NCBI GenBank assembly: GCA_002269645.1
Contig: NIVC01000164.1
Location: 124,001 to 188,000, forward strand
Origin: Macrostomum lignano
Taxonomy: Eukaryota
Length of the DNA stretch: 64,000 nucleotides
Direction of reading: 5' to 3'
A program made the position numbers and the translations under genes. This document shows positions 40,640 through 53,094 of the stretch, one piece after another (position 1 is the stretch's first letter; each line of letters begins with the position of its first letter). The notes under the pieces are model-generated. The model saw only the letters and a list, made by a program, of their open reading frames with translations, was not told the DNA's origin and did no database searches.

Positions 40640-42492
40640 CATACATGCGCAACTTCTGAAATTACGCTGGCCGTGCGACTTAGTTTTCGATAAAAAATGC
40701 GACTTACCTATGAAAGAGCCAAGCAAAAACTTTAGGTAAACGGCAGGAGTAACTATGACCATATTTTTAAAGCTAAAAGCCTCGCCAGCTAATTAGTGCT
40801 GCGTGCAAATTCCGCGTTTTTATAACAGCTAATCAGTGTCATCTAGTGGCGGCATGAAGCAATTAGTAAATTGTCAGTACAGTGTAGTGAGCATACTACA
40901 AAAGTCATGATTCATGAATGTCCAGAAGTAAGTGAAGTGAATACAGTGTGACCTATAGCTCAAGAACGATTTGCTAGACGATTTGGCATGGAAGATGAGA
41001 GCCCTGATTCAGATGGCTCATCAGATGCAGAATACGAATCCAGTAGAGATACAAGCTGTGAAAACCCACAGATTTTTAAACCACTGAATTCTAATTCCCG
41101 GAACTATTTTTGCATAGATTCTAAATTTGAAGTCATGCTCATGAACAAAAACTTGTTAACAGTTAGGAAAAAGGCAAAGATGGGAGTAATGCATGTTAAA
41201 CTAAGATTTGAGGCCTTTGCAAATTCTCCCCATTCCTCAATCTTCTCATCCTCTTTTTCTTTTCTCTCTCATCCCTTATCCCTTCTCTCTTTCCTCTCCT
41301 CTCTCCTCTCTTTCCTCTCCTCTCCTATCTCTTCTGTCTCCTCTCTACATTCTTATCTCTCCTCTCGTCTCTCTCCATTCCACTCTACTCTCTCATCTTA
41401 TCTTCCCTCTCGTCTCTCTCCACTCTCTTCTCTCATCTACTCTCTTTCCTCTTTCCTCTTTCCTCTCTTCTGATCTCATCCATCATCTTTTCTTTCCTCT
41501 TTCCTCTAATCTCCTCTTCTCTCTCATCTCTTTTTCCTCCCTCAGCTTTTCTCTCCTCTTCTATCTTTTCTCCCATCGCATCGCTCGCCTCTCCTCTGTT
41601 TGCTTATCTCTAATCTTCTATTCCCTCTACTTTGAGGTAAGAAAATATGCACATATTTTTGCTGAAGATAAGAGGAGAGAAGAGGGCATTGAGGAGAAAG
41701 GGTAGAGAGAAAGGGGGAGAAGAGAGGAGAGTAGAAATGAGAGGAGAGAGAAGAGGGAAAAGGGGGGAGAGAGAGGAGGGGAGGCAAGGTAGAGAAGAAG
41801 AGAGAGATGAGAGTTGAAGAGACACCAACCTTGCTAGTTAGGAAGTTTCAAAGAACCCAAGGGGCGAGGGCCAGATAGAGGGGCTTCGCGAGCCGGAGTT
41901 TGCCAACCCCTGCTCCAGAGTTTAAGAAATCAATGGGAAACTGTTGACGTGGGCTTCTGATTTCAAAGATCTTGTCTGTGGTTGAAGGCTTCTATTCTGT
42001 TTTTGCTCTCCTGCCACACTTGCACCTACTACCCCCTGATTGCCTCTGATTGTGACTTACTTCCCTCTTATTGCGACTTAGTTGCTTCTTTTTGCGACTT
42101 ACCTAATCCTTTTGCGACTTAGCTGATCCTTTTGCAACTTACCTGATCCTTTTTGCGACTTACCTGATCCTTTTTGCAACTTACCTAATCCTTTTGCGAC
42201 TTACCTGATCCTTTTTGCGACTTAGTTTGCTTCTTTTGCAACTTACCTGATTCCTGTTGCGACTTACCTGATCCTTTTTGCGACTTAGTTTGCTTCTTTT
42301 GCTTCTTTTGCGAATTGTTTTTCTTTTGCTTCACCATTTTCCCTGAACTGCTCTTTCTTTCACTTTCCTCTTGCCTTTCTTGGTTCTTGTGTTTTTCTGT
42401 TTTTGGTTGACTCAATTTTGTGACTTACCACTGGTCAGCCACGATTTACGGTGGCCGGATCAGCCAGGTCGGCCAGCAGTTGCGCATGTATG
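40640..42492. mobile_element. Non-autonomous hAT-like DNA transposon, 1853 bp
   Basis: 15-bp perfect TIR CATACATGCGCAACT, 8-bp TSD TTGATACA (40632-40639, 42493-42500), GCGACTTA subterminal repeats at both ends. Confidence 0.85.
40735..40796 (+). other. 62-bp 28S rRNA H69-H71-like bipartite motif, copy inside hAT-like element
   Basis: Ungapped 49/62: arms 21/22 and 16/19, core 12/21. Confidence 0.88.
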
Positions 42493-42844
42493 TTGATACA
42501 CATAAACATTTGTTTAAATGCTATGTTACAAGCTTAAAAAATAGAAAGCTTGAAATTTACACTTCAAAAAAAAACTTTAAAAAATATTTTTTTACTTATA
42601 AGTAACACTAACTCTTTTGCATGATTCTATAAAGTGGACACTAGATGTGTATGTATACTACAAGTATTTTCTTAAGAATCTTGTACACTAACTATACATG
42701 CCAACTTTTGGCATGCAAGGCCAATATATGCCCAAATGTTTTTCTGTGGGTTTGTATATTAGAACTAAAAATATGTCATTGACACAATGTTTCTGGTGTG
42801 TCATATACACCAAGATAAATGATGCTGAAAAATGGCAAGTACCC

Positions 42845-44185
42845 TTGTTGTACATGGATGCATGCAAATTTGGCATCAAACAAATTTGGCAACAGAAATT
42901 TAACATGGAAAAATTTAGCTAAAGCAAATTCAGCGACAATCAAGGCAAATTTAACAACATCTTTTTATAGCTTAAGACAAGTTAATGCAAATTACATATA
43001 ATAAAGGCTTTCTCAAAATGCTGGTAAAAGTTTATAAATGTAAAAAATGGCTGCAAAGGAGTGTTAAAATAACCAAAAAGTGTGTTGTTACAATGGATAT
43101 CCTGCATATTTTGAGAGTATGGTATATCTACAATGTACATAGTATATGGGGACCACTTGAAATTTTAAAATTGTCATTTTTCTTTGCATGGCATATTTTT
43201 GCAAATCCCTTTCTCCAACATTGTAACCAATGGAAAGACCTTATTAGGTATATAAGAAAATTGTTTTTCTCATTTTTACAAGTCTCAAAGGTCTTTGCTT
43301 ATTACAAGGCTCCCAACCTTAAATTAAAAAACATTTCTTGGAAGGCAGTGCTTATCCCCACGGTACCGTAGGAATAATTTCTGTCTTATTCCAACGGTAC
43401 CGTGCGAATAATTTTCTGCTTATCCGCACGGCACACTGACGAGATAGCTGCCCTATCTTCTACATATGCCGTGGGAAGTTTAGTACATACGATTTGAGTG
43501 CAGTATAACAACTTTGTTGAATTATTGTTGAATAAGTATACAGAAGGGTATCAGTAAAGCAGAATAACACGCATTTACACATGCATATACTAGTCTAGAA
43601 CTGATTTGAGTTTATACATCAAGATCAACAGCTTCTTAGTATCCTCAGTTCAAATTCCCTTTCAATAAGCTATAAACTATTCACGCACAGCATATTATAG
43701 CAGATAGGGCAGCTAGTAAAGCAGAGGGAATAAAGCAGAGGACGTGTAGGGCAGCTATCTTGTCAGTGTGCCGTGCAGATAAGCAGAAAATTATTCCCAC
43801 GGCATATGTAGAAGATAGGGCAGCTATCTCGTCAGTGTGCCGTGCGGATAAGCAGAAAATTATTCGCACGGTACCGTTGGAATAAGACAGAAATTATTCC
43901 TACGGTACCGTGGGGATAAGCACTGCCTTCTTGGAAAGGACTTGCAAAACTCACAAGGATTAATGATAGATAAAACAAACTCAATTAAAAGGGAAAGCTA
44001 ATATGCATTGAAGAATACCATTGCATTAAAGTAATTATCTAAATTATACACAATTTTTCCTTTTATTAATTGTCGCCAAATTTGCCTAGATTGTTGCTAA
44101 ATTTGCTTTTGTTAAATTGGTCCATTGTTAATCTCTGTCACAAATTTGTTTGTTACCAAAATTGGTTAGCACCCATTGTACACTA
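42845..44185. mobile_element. Older degenerate inverted-repeat element hosting the Mutator-like MITE
   Basis: About 42845-42960 and 44070-44185 are diverged reverse complements with repeated CAAATTT motifs; no TSD identified. Confidence 0.5.
43344..43927. mobile_element. Mutator-like MITE, 584 bp
   Basis: 134-bp perfect TIRs (43344-43477, 43794-43927) starting GGCAGTGC; 9-bp TSD TTCTTGGAA (43335-43343, 43928-43936). Confidence 0.88.
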
Positions 44186-45255
44186 GGAAATCTCAAGATA
44201 CATGTCACATTTTCACCTTCCCAACTATAAAATAGAATAACAATAAAATAAATTCTCTGGGATTCACAAGGCACAATCCAAAAATTCCTTGGGGAATTGA
44301 TTCTCTAGTGCTGATAGAGTGATAGGCCCTACCATAAACAAATTCTCATAGCTGCACTGGCCAAATCTTTTCTTCATGGCTAGCAGATAGTAATATGTCT
44401 TCTTTACTTCTATAGTTTTGTGTAGGCCCCTACCAAATTATTATAACCATAATTTTGGTTGTATTGCCTATTGGCCATAGACTGCTAGAAGCTTTAAGAG
44501 ATCAGGTACGTTATAACAAGTTTTGAAGCATAAAGATAGTGCTAATCAGGCTTAAGTCCCTTAAAATTATTTATTCTTATTTAAAATATAGTCCATAGAT
44601 TAATTTTGTGTAGTCAATTACTCAAAATAATTTAACTAACAAAAATTAACATTTTCCAAAACCTATGCAATTAGGAACATACAGGTCGCGCATTTTTGAG
44701 ATACAAGTCACAAAAAGGACCAGCACAATGAGTAGATATTCAGGTTCAGACATCCAGCCCGAGGCCCACGTCAATTGGCCAGCAAAGCTTAGATGAGAGT
44801 TAAAATACACACTTTCAAGTTTCAGTTTCAGGGAAACCTTTTTGCTTTTAAATAAAAAACACTTTCAAACAAGGTGTTTGACCCTAATAAAAAGATACAG
44901 TTTTACTTTAAATGTTTAGTTTTAATCTTTATTCAACAAAACTACGACTTGAGTACCTCCTCAAGTTTTATAGAGTTTACTTTTTTGTTAATCAGGACCT
45001 TTTTTTTAAATTTTGAAGTTTCATGGAAAACTAATGTAACTCCGAATCACTGATCACCGTATATAGTGCAATATTTTTAACTCTTAGAAATAAAAAAATA
45101 TTTGCGCCTACAAAGTCACAAAAAATTTTCTGGTTATTCTTTGCCGCTTCTAACACTTTATAGTATTGCTATACAGCAGAGCAGTATTATTAGCGTTAAG
45201 ACTTAAAGTTAATACTTATTAATATTATTAATAATAATACTTGACAAACTCAAAG

Positions 45256-48200
45256 ATGTCTGATAACCAAAGACCTTCCAACAATGGACACGGTCACATA
45301 ACGGCTTCATTAAGTACAGGTTTGACGTTACAAAACAATGCTCAAGGAGGAGCACACTCTCGATGGATTAAACTTAATGTTGGTGGCAAAACATTTGTTA
45401 CAACCCGATCAACATTATTGCAGTACAATGAATCTTTTCTAGCAAGACTTGTTCAAGAAGATTCTGTCTTGAAAAGTGACAAGGTATTTTTTTACTGCAT
45501 AAACTTTATTATATTTAGTTGTTTTCACCTATAATTAACAATTTGTTGTGTTTTTTGTGTGGAATAGGCCTAACTATGGTCATTTTCTATGAAACAGATT
45601 TAAATAGGCCTACAAGTTTTATTTTACTAATATTTTATATTATAAAATATTAATATTAAATTTTAAAATATTAAAATATTAATATTTTAAAAGTTGCAGT
45701 ATATGGCAGGAGCAAACTTTTTTGATAGGAATAGTTTTGGCGTATAGCGCAAGCAAACTTTTTTGATAGTGTTCTGCCATAAGGAAGGTCCATATACCGT
45801 AGCCGTAGCCGTAGGCAAAACTATGGCTTATTCCAATTCTCTGTATTCCGTAGCCATAGGGACCCCAATATTACCATATTCCCATAGTTCCCATAGCCAT
45901 AGCCATAGTTTTAATAAAAAGTATAGAAAACAAAATATTTTGAATCAAGAAGATAACCTCCTTTGAAAAGAACTATGACAATATGGTAATATTGGGGTCC
46001 CTATGGCTACAGAATATGGAGAATTGGAATAAGCCATAGTTTTGCTTATGGCTATGGCTACAGTACATGGACCCTCCTTACAGCGGAACACTACCTTAAA
46101 CAATTGCAAATTAAGTTAGAAAATAAAAGAAACACTTAATTGCCTTTGTAAGATTATATTTCGTCTTTTTTCAGCAACAATAAATTGTTATTGAAAGTAC
46201 TAATGCTGAACTTTTTTACATTAAAAATTAGTTTGCTAGTGTTTAATTGTACTAATTAGCCTAGGTATATTTCAAGAGTTTCTAAGTTAACATTAATAAC
46301 TATGGCTATGGGAATCTACGGAATGTGACAACAACTACCATATTTCCATATTTGTAGCCATAAGAGCAGCTAGCTACTATAGGCATATCCGTAGCTGCCA
46401 TAGGCACCTTATTTTACTATATTTGCCATAGCATAGGATCCTGTAGCCGTAGCTACGACTATGGCAGAACACTATTTTTTGATAAGATATGTTCCAGCAC
46501 ATGATATAATCAAATTTTTTTGATAGGATTCATTCTAGTGTAGACGTGCCATGATCTTGACTATGGTGATATATTTGCTTTTATGCTTGCTTATTTCTTT
46601 ACCCCCCATTGCTGCTTGGTTAGCAAGATTTGATAGCCTTTGCTATTATATCATTATTGTGTCTATACCATAGTGCGGAAGGATGGATATATGATGGAAA
46701 TTTCTGTCATACACAAGGATCACCTGTCGTACATATCATACATCACTCTTTTTTGGGGGTGCTATATTGTACACAAGTCAAACATCAAAAAGTATTTTTT
46801 CATTAACCATAGTTTGTAAGTCATTTCCATATTTAAAACTCATTCATTATGGCACTGTTGCCAATGAAAGAAAAATCACAAACAAAATTCATGCATAAAA
46901 AAACTTTTATATTTGTTTTGTTTTCCTAACTGATGTGCATTGTGTGCAGTCAGTAAATAACAACATAATTGTTGTTTTACTTTGCACTTTCTAGAAAATT
47001 AGAATATATTTATATTTATATTCATGTTTATTCCTATCATACCCTATTGTATACTAGTAGTACCATTTTCAATCCCCATCCTACTGTCGTATAACAAGTC
47101 AAATTTTTTTTATTAAAGTTTTATTGTATACAGACATCCTTCTGCACTATGGTGTCTTTATTAAAGGCAGGGGGGTTGTGTGCACCCTGGCGCACTTTAA
47201 GCGACATAGGCACACAACCGGCGAGAGGCATTACTGCCCATTCCGCCGACTCCCCTGAGCAGGCACACAAGCGCGCGGATACGTACGCAGTCATACGCAC
47301 AGGCACACACTCACACAGGAGTGTACAGCGACCCTAACTTTATATTATCGTTAGGCATGTACACTTCACTGCGCCTTGGGGGGTTGGCTCTCAAGGCCGT
47401 TAATTGCACGAGCAGAGCCAAGCCGAGATTCCAATTCAGCCCCAAATTAATGTGACTGCACTTGGAATCGAGCCTGGGTCGCTGGCACACCAGAGCAGCT
47501 GCGCTACCGCTGGGCTATGGCCCCCTACTATGGTGTCTATAGTCCAAAAGAAAATGTATTGTTTCAGTTTTATCAAATTGTTAAATGTGGGAAAGATTTA
47601 CTCAAGCCTATATTCTCAAAGCTTAGCAGATTTTATACAGGTATGAATAATGTGTGTGCAAGAATACATATAATTAAACAAACTGTATAGTATAAGCATA
47701 GTCTTCCTCCAATGTGCAAGTTATTCTTATAAGTCTTCTTATAAACAAGACTGTTTTGTGCTAATGCACATTTGTGCTAGAAGACTGTAGTTGTTAAAAT
47801 TTAGTCTATTGAGCTTAGCACTTAGTCCAACAGGTGCAAAATTTTTGTATCATTGACTGCTTTGTGTTGAACTATCAACCAATCCAATCTGAGTTAAATT
47901 TCTTCTCATTGGCTAAAAAAGAAATGTTGCTGTCTGTGGGGTGCATTCAAATAGAAGACATATATGCACAAGTATACATAACAATTTAGGTAAAGAACAA
48001 TTATTACATTTGTCTGCTCTAGAAAGTCAATTTAAATAAAAACAAATTTGTCAAATGCTTGTTTTCACATTTGCTGTTGTGATATTTGGTATTTGGTATT
48101 CATTACTTATGTTTAATTTTTCTAGTCATTTTGTAAGCTTCTATGGGTTATTTAGCTTTCATTCCTTTGTAATTAAAAATATATTTTTTAAATGAAATTA

Positions 48201-48963
48201 TGAATGAATATGACTATCTCCTAAAGGCCCACTTATTAGTGATTATTCTATTGACCTTGGCTATTCCTTTACATTTATGATATGCATTTTTGCTACCAAA
48301 GATATATGATAGGATCCCAAAACTAGAGATAGGACAGGATCCTAATCCTATCAATCGCAATCCTAAAAATTCTAACTTATGAATACTAATTTACAACTAA
48401 ACCTGTGCCACCACCTTACATTTGTTCAGGATGAGCATGGTGCATTCCTAATTGATCGCGATCCAAAGTACTTTGGCATTGTGCTGAATTACCTGCGCCA
48501 TGGCAAGCTAATTATGGGGGCCAATCTTAGCCTTGATGGCGTACTAGAAGAGGCCGAATTCTACAACATCACCAGCCTCATTAGTCTGGCTAGAAAGCGT
48601 CGAGAAGAACAAAACCGTCTTGGCAATTCTGGTTGTCCATTGTGCGGCCGGTCCAGCCGGCCAGTCTATCGGGTGTTCCAGTGCTCAGAAGAGGAGCTCG
48701 CGCCAATGGTCAGCACTATTAGCGATGGCTGGAAATTCGAGCAATTAATCAGCACCGGTAGCAGTTATAATTATGGCAGCTCAGACGATAATCATGGCGA
48801 ATTTCTCTGCGTTGTTAGCCGCGACTGTTCGCTGCCACACTCGGCCAGTTCGGACGATTCGGCCGCTAATGGTGGCGGCGCTGGTGGCAGCGGAGGCGGC
48901 GGCGGCGGCAGTGGCGAAGGTGATCGAGGATCCCTGCTGCTGCAGAGAGGGTCGCGAACCTAA
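45256..48963 (+). CDS. KCTD5: BTB/POZ protein of the KCTD2/5/17 (insomniac) family, 2 exons
   Basis: Exons 45256-45483 and 48430-48963 (phase 0). [18 protein letters not shown]...DK|[27 protein letters not shown] and C-terminal [30 protein letters not shown]. Confidence 0.92.
45767..46474. mobile_element. Non-autonomous hAT-like element in KCTD intron, 708 bp
   Basis: TIR TAGTGTTCTGCCATA, 8-bp TSD TTTTTTGA (45759-45766, 46475-46482); internal inverted repeat 45767-45890 vs 45970-46095. Confidence 0.8.
47158..47526 (-). mobile_element. SINE family A copy in KCTD intron
   Basis: Reverse complement of 18204-18560; 12-bp TSD ACTATGGTGTCT at 47146-47157 and 47527-47538. Confidence 0.9.
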
Positions 48964-49265
48964 ACAGTTTACAATTTATCGTGTCCAGCAGTTGATTCTG
49001 TGTGATTTTTTTGTGTCAAGTCGGATATTTCAGGGCAGAATTTGTCTATGGTGAAACCCCTATTTGGCGCTATGAAAAAAGAGCAAAATCTATTAACATG
49101 TGAATCGTCTGGCACAGGGCCAGATAGAGAACCTAGCGCATTGACTGCGGATCAGAGTAGGGAGAATAGAGAAGATAGTGAGGAGATTAAAGAAGAGAGC
49201 TGAGAAGAGGTACAAACCTTGAGCGGGTCGGATTGCTATTGTAATGTATTGGAAAGAAAGTACTA

Positions 49266-49327
49266 CTAATTAGACGACGAGGCAATAGCCTTTACATATA
49301 CAGCCCTATTTACTCCCACCTTTTACC
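49266..49327 (-). other. 62-bp 28S rRNA H69-H71-like bipartite motif, copy downstream of KCTD
   Basis: Ungapped 45/62: arms 18/19 and 18/22, core 9/21. Confidence 0.85.
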
Positions 49328-49747
49328 CTCAAAATTATTTAGAAACCCCGTGTACAGGAATTCTTGGCTGTAATTTTCTTAATTAGTCTAAAGCATAGTC
49401 TGAGTTTGATTTCACTCCAACACCAGAGCTAATTTGAAAGCCCAGCTAATTTCCAGATATTATTATTGTTATTAACTGAAATTCTCGTATTATTTTGTTT
49501 TCACATTTTATTTTCAAATTAACGAATCGTAACTTTTGTACCTTTCTGTTGGGCTTCAGCTTCACAACGAGGCGTAAAAATTTCCGTATTTAAAAAAATT
49601 CTGATCAAATCCTTTTTGAAGCGAAGTTCAATGAGATTTTTTATAACAAAGTATTACGTATTGAAGTTGTTTCTCGCTCATTTACCGTAACTGATGAATT
49701 ATCTTTCCACTTTGAAAAATAAAGTGGTTTTTTTACAAACTGAAATA

Positions 49748-50960
49748 TTCTGAGGTGTTAGCGGCGCCTTCTGAAGGATTCTGAGGTGTTAGCGGCGCCT
49801 TCTGAAGGATTCTGAGGTGGTAGCGGCGCCTTCTGAAGGATTCTGAGGTGTTAGCGGCGCCTTCTGAAGGATTCTGAGGTGGTAGCGGCGCCTTCTGAAG
49901 GATTCTGAGGTGGTAGCGGCGCCTTCTGAAGGATTCTGAGGTGGTAGCGGCGCCTTCTGAAGGATTCTGAGGTGTTAGCGGCGCCTTCTGAAGGATTCTG
50001 AGGTGTTAGCGGCGCCTTCTGAAGGATTCTGAGGTGGTAGCGGCGCCTTCTGAAGGATTCTGAGGTGGTAGCGGCGCCTTCTGAAGGATTCTGAGGTGGT
50101 AGCGGCGCCTTCTGAAGGATTCTGAGGTGTTAGCGGCGCCTTCTGAAGGATTCTGAGGTGTTAGCGGCGCCTTCTGAAGGATTCTGAGGTGGTAGCGGCG
50201 CCTTCTGAAGGATTCTGAGGTGGTAGCGGCGCCTTCTGAAGGATTCTGAGGTGGTAGCGGCGCCTTCTGAAGGATTCTGAGGTGTTAGCGGCGCCTTCTG
50301 AAGGATTCTGAGGTGTTAGCGGCGCCTTCTGAAGGATTCTGAGGTGGTAGCGGCGCCTTCTGAAGGATTCTGAGGTGGTAGCGGCGCCTTCTGAAGGATT
50401 CTGAGGTGGTAGCGGCGCCTTCTGAAGGATTCTGAGGTGGTAGCGGCGCCTTCTGAAGGATTCTAAGGTGGTTGCGGCGCCTTCTGAATGATTCTGAGGT
50501 GGTTGCGGCGCCTTCTGAAGGATTCTGAGGTGGTTGCGGCGCCTTCTGAATGATTCTGAGGTGGTTGCGGCGCATTCTGAAGGATTCTGAGGTGGTAGCG
50601 GCGCCTTCTGAAGGATTCTGAGGTGGTAGCGGTGCCTTCTGAAGGATTCTGAGGTGGTAGCGGCGCCTTCTGAAGGATTCTGAGGTGGTAGCGGCGCCTT
50701 CTGAAGGATTCTGAGGTGGTAGCGGCGCCTTCTGAAGGATTCTGAGGTGGTTGCGGCGCCTTCTGAAGGATTCTGAGGTGGTTGCGGCGCCTTCTGAAGG
50801 ATTCTGAGGTGGTTGCGGCGCCTTCTGAAGGATTCTGAGGTGGTTGCGGCGCCTTCTAAAGGATTCTGAGGTGGTTGCGGCGCCTTCTGAAGGATTCTGA
50901 GGTGGTAGCGGCGCCTTCTGAAGGATTCTGAGGTGGTTGCGGCGCCTTCTGTAGGATTCT
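49748..50960. repeat. 31-nt minisatellite TTCTGAGGTGGTAGCGGCGCCTTCTGAAGGA
   Basis: About 39 highly homogeneous copies. Confidence 0.96.
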
Positions 50961-51689
50961 CATCTGCTCAATCGTTATGTAAAGAAGAAAAAGGACAAAT
51001 GACAAGAAAAAAGAAAAAGAAAGAAAAATGATGTCATGCAGTTATACCCATAAACTTCCTAGATAATTTGACACCTATCACGTTTCCATTGACTTTAACC
51101 GTCCTTTATACGTTGATTTTTTGCTTATCAAAACAGGCCTAAAATATTTAATCACACATTTGTTTATCAATCGTCATGATTCGATGCTATTTAATATCCT
51201 GCGCATACTACTTATTCCTGCTAGCTACTTATTATTCCGATCATACTCTGTCTAATATTAATTTGGAATCACATGCTTTTTCTAGTTTGCAAAATGGTTT
51301 ATTTATGTAGCTCTTAGTAGCCTACAAAAATGATGCGCTTTCTTAGTACTCTATGTGTTAACATGTTATAACAATCAATTAGTAGTTCATCGACCCGTGC
51401 TTGATATAATCTTTGGAATATAATTTGATTTCTATCTAAATAGAAAAGCCCTCTCGTGCCTCTACTTATATATTTTCATACTTTGCTATTAACTTATTTA
51501 ATATATTTAATATATTCTATGCATAGTTTCTAACTTACCTACAAACAAATTTTAAAAAGATATTTGCTTAAAATTATTTTTATTTTTTCTTGAAAATGTG
51601 TATTAAAGTCTTAATCCTATTCGGAGAATTTACACTACTCGGGTGAATAACATCAGTTGCTCTTGTCAAAGCTCTCAGATTTGTCTTTC

Positions 51690-52672
51690 AAAAGGATAAT
51701 CTCCTTTGAGATTCTTCTCTAAAAAAAAATTTTCTCTCTTGAGACTCTTCTCTGAAAAGGATAATCTCCCTTGATTCTTCTCTGAAAAGGATAATCTCCC
51801 TTGATTCTTCTCTGAAAAGGATAATCTCCCTTGATTCTTCTCTGAAAAGGATAATCTCCCTTGATTCTTCTCTGAAAAGGATAATCTCTCTTGAGATTCT
51901 TCTATGAAAAGTATAATCTCCCTTGAGATTCTCTGAAAAGGATGATCTCCCTTGAGATTCTGCTCTGAATAGGATAATCTCCCTTGAGATTATCTGAAAA
52001 GGATGATCTCCCTTGAGATTCTGCTCTGAATAGGATAATCTCCCTTGAGATTCTCTGAAGCATAATCTTCCTTGAGTTTCATCCAAGAAAAAAATAATCT
52101 CCTTGTGATTTTTTTCTTCTCTGAAAATGATAGTCTCTCTTGAGATTCTTCCCTGAAAGGATAATCTCCCTTGAGATTCTTCCCTGAAAGAATAATCTCC
52201 CTTGAGATTCTTCTCTGAAAAGGATAATCTCCCTTGAGATTCTTCTCTAAAAGGATAATCTCCCTTGAGATTCTTCTCTGAAAAGGATAATCTCCTTTGA
52301 GATTCTCTGAAAAGGATAATCTCCCTTGATTCTTCTCTGAAAAGGATAATCTCCCTTGAGATTCTTCTCTGAAAAGTATAATCTCCCTTGAGATTCTTCT
52401 CTGAAAAGGATAATCTCCCTTGAGATTCTTCTCTGAAAAGGATAATCTCCCTTGATTCTTCTCTGAAAAGGATAATCTCCCTTGATTCTTCTCTGAAAAG
52501 GATAATCTCCCTTGATTCTTCTCTGAAAAGGATAATCTCCCTTGAGATTCTTCTCTGAAAAGGATAATCTCCCTTGAGATTCTTCTCTGAAAAGTATAAT
52601 CTCCCTTGATTCTTCTCTGAAAAGGATAATCTCCCTTGATTCTTCTCTGAAAAGGATAATCTCCCTTGAGAT
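51690..52672. repeat. 30/32-nt minisatellite GATAATCTCCCTTGA(GA)TTCTTCTCTGAAAAG
   Basis: Ends about 420 bp upstream of the boule ATG. Confidence 0.94.
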
Positions 52673-53094
52673 ATGCCATATAAAGCTCCAAAGGAAAGAC
52701 CTTTATTTAAGATTCGTCCGTCAAACGCAGTAAAGAAGATTTTTGAGTAAAGAAGAAAATTTTGAGAATCGTAGCGATATAATATGGCTCTACCTTCGCT
52801 GTTCATGCTGTAAGAGTCGCTTACGTATGTTGGGTATAATAAGTACTTGCGCACTGAAACCAATGATGTGTCATGCTTGACATAGTTTGTTTATGCGATA
52901 ATGGACTCCAACTGTGTCCAGTTGGCCCCATAGACAGGATGAGCAACTGTTCGCCACAGCTGGGCAGCTGAGCTCGGGCCGCGCGGGACCGCTCGATCTG
53001 GCTTATCAAGTTAGTTATTAGGTTTTAAGAGAAGCGCTGGTCGTCAGTCAGAAATCTTGCTCTCATCGAAGCGTATTCAACGGAAGTACCCGCC

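Noticed and set aside
40988-41473. Acidic ORF MEDESPDSDGSSDAEY as a transposase start
   Set aside because: No recognisable transposase motif; runs into CT low complexity.
50285-52863. Repeat ORFs (LRILQKAP; REIILFREES)
   Set aside because: Translations of the 31-nt and 30/32-nt minisatellites.
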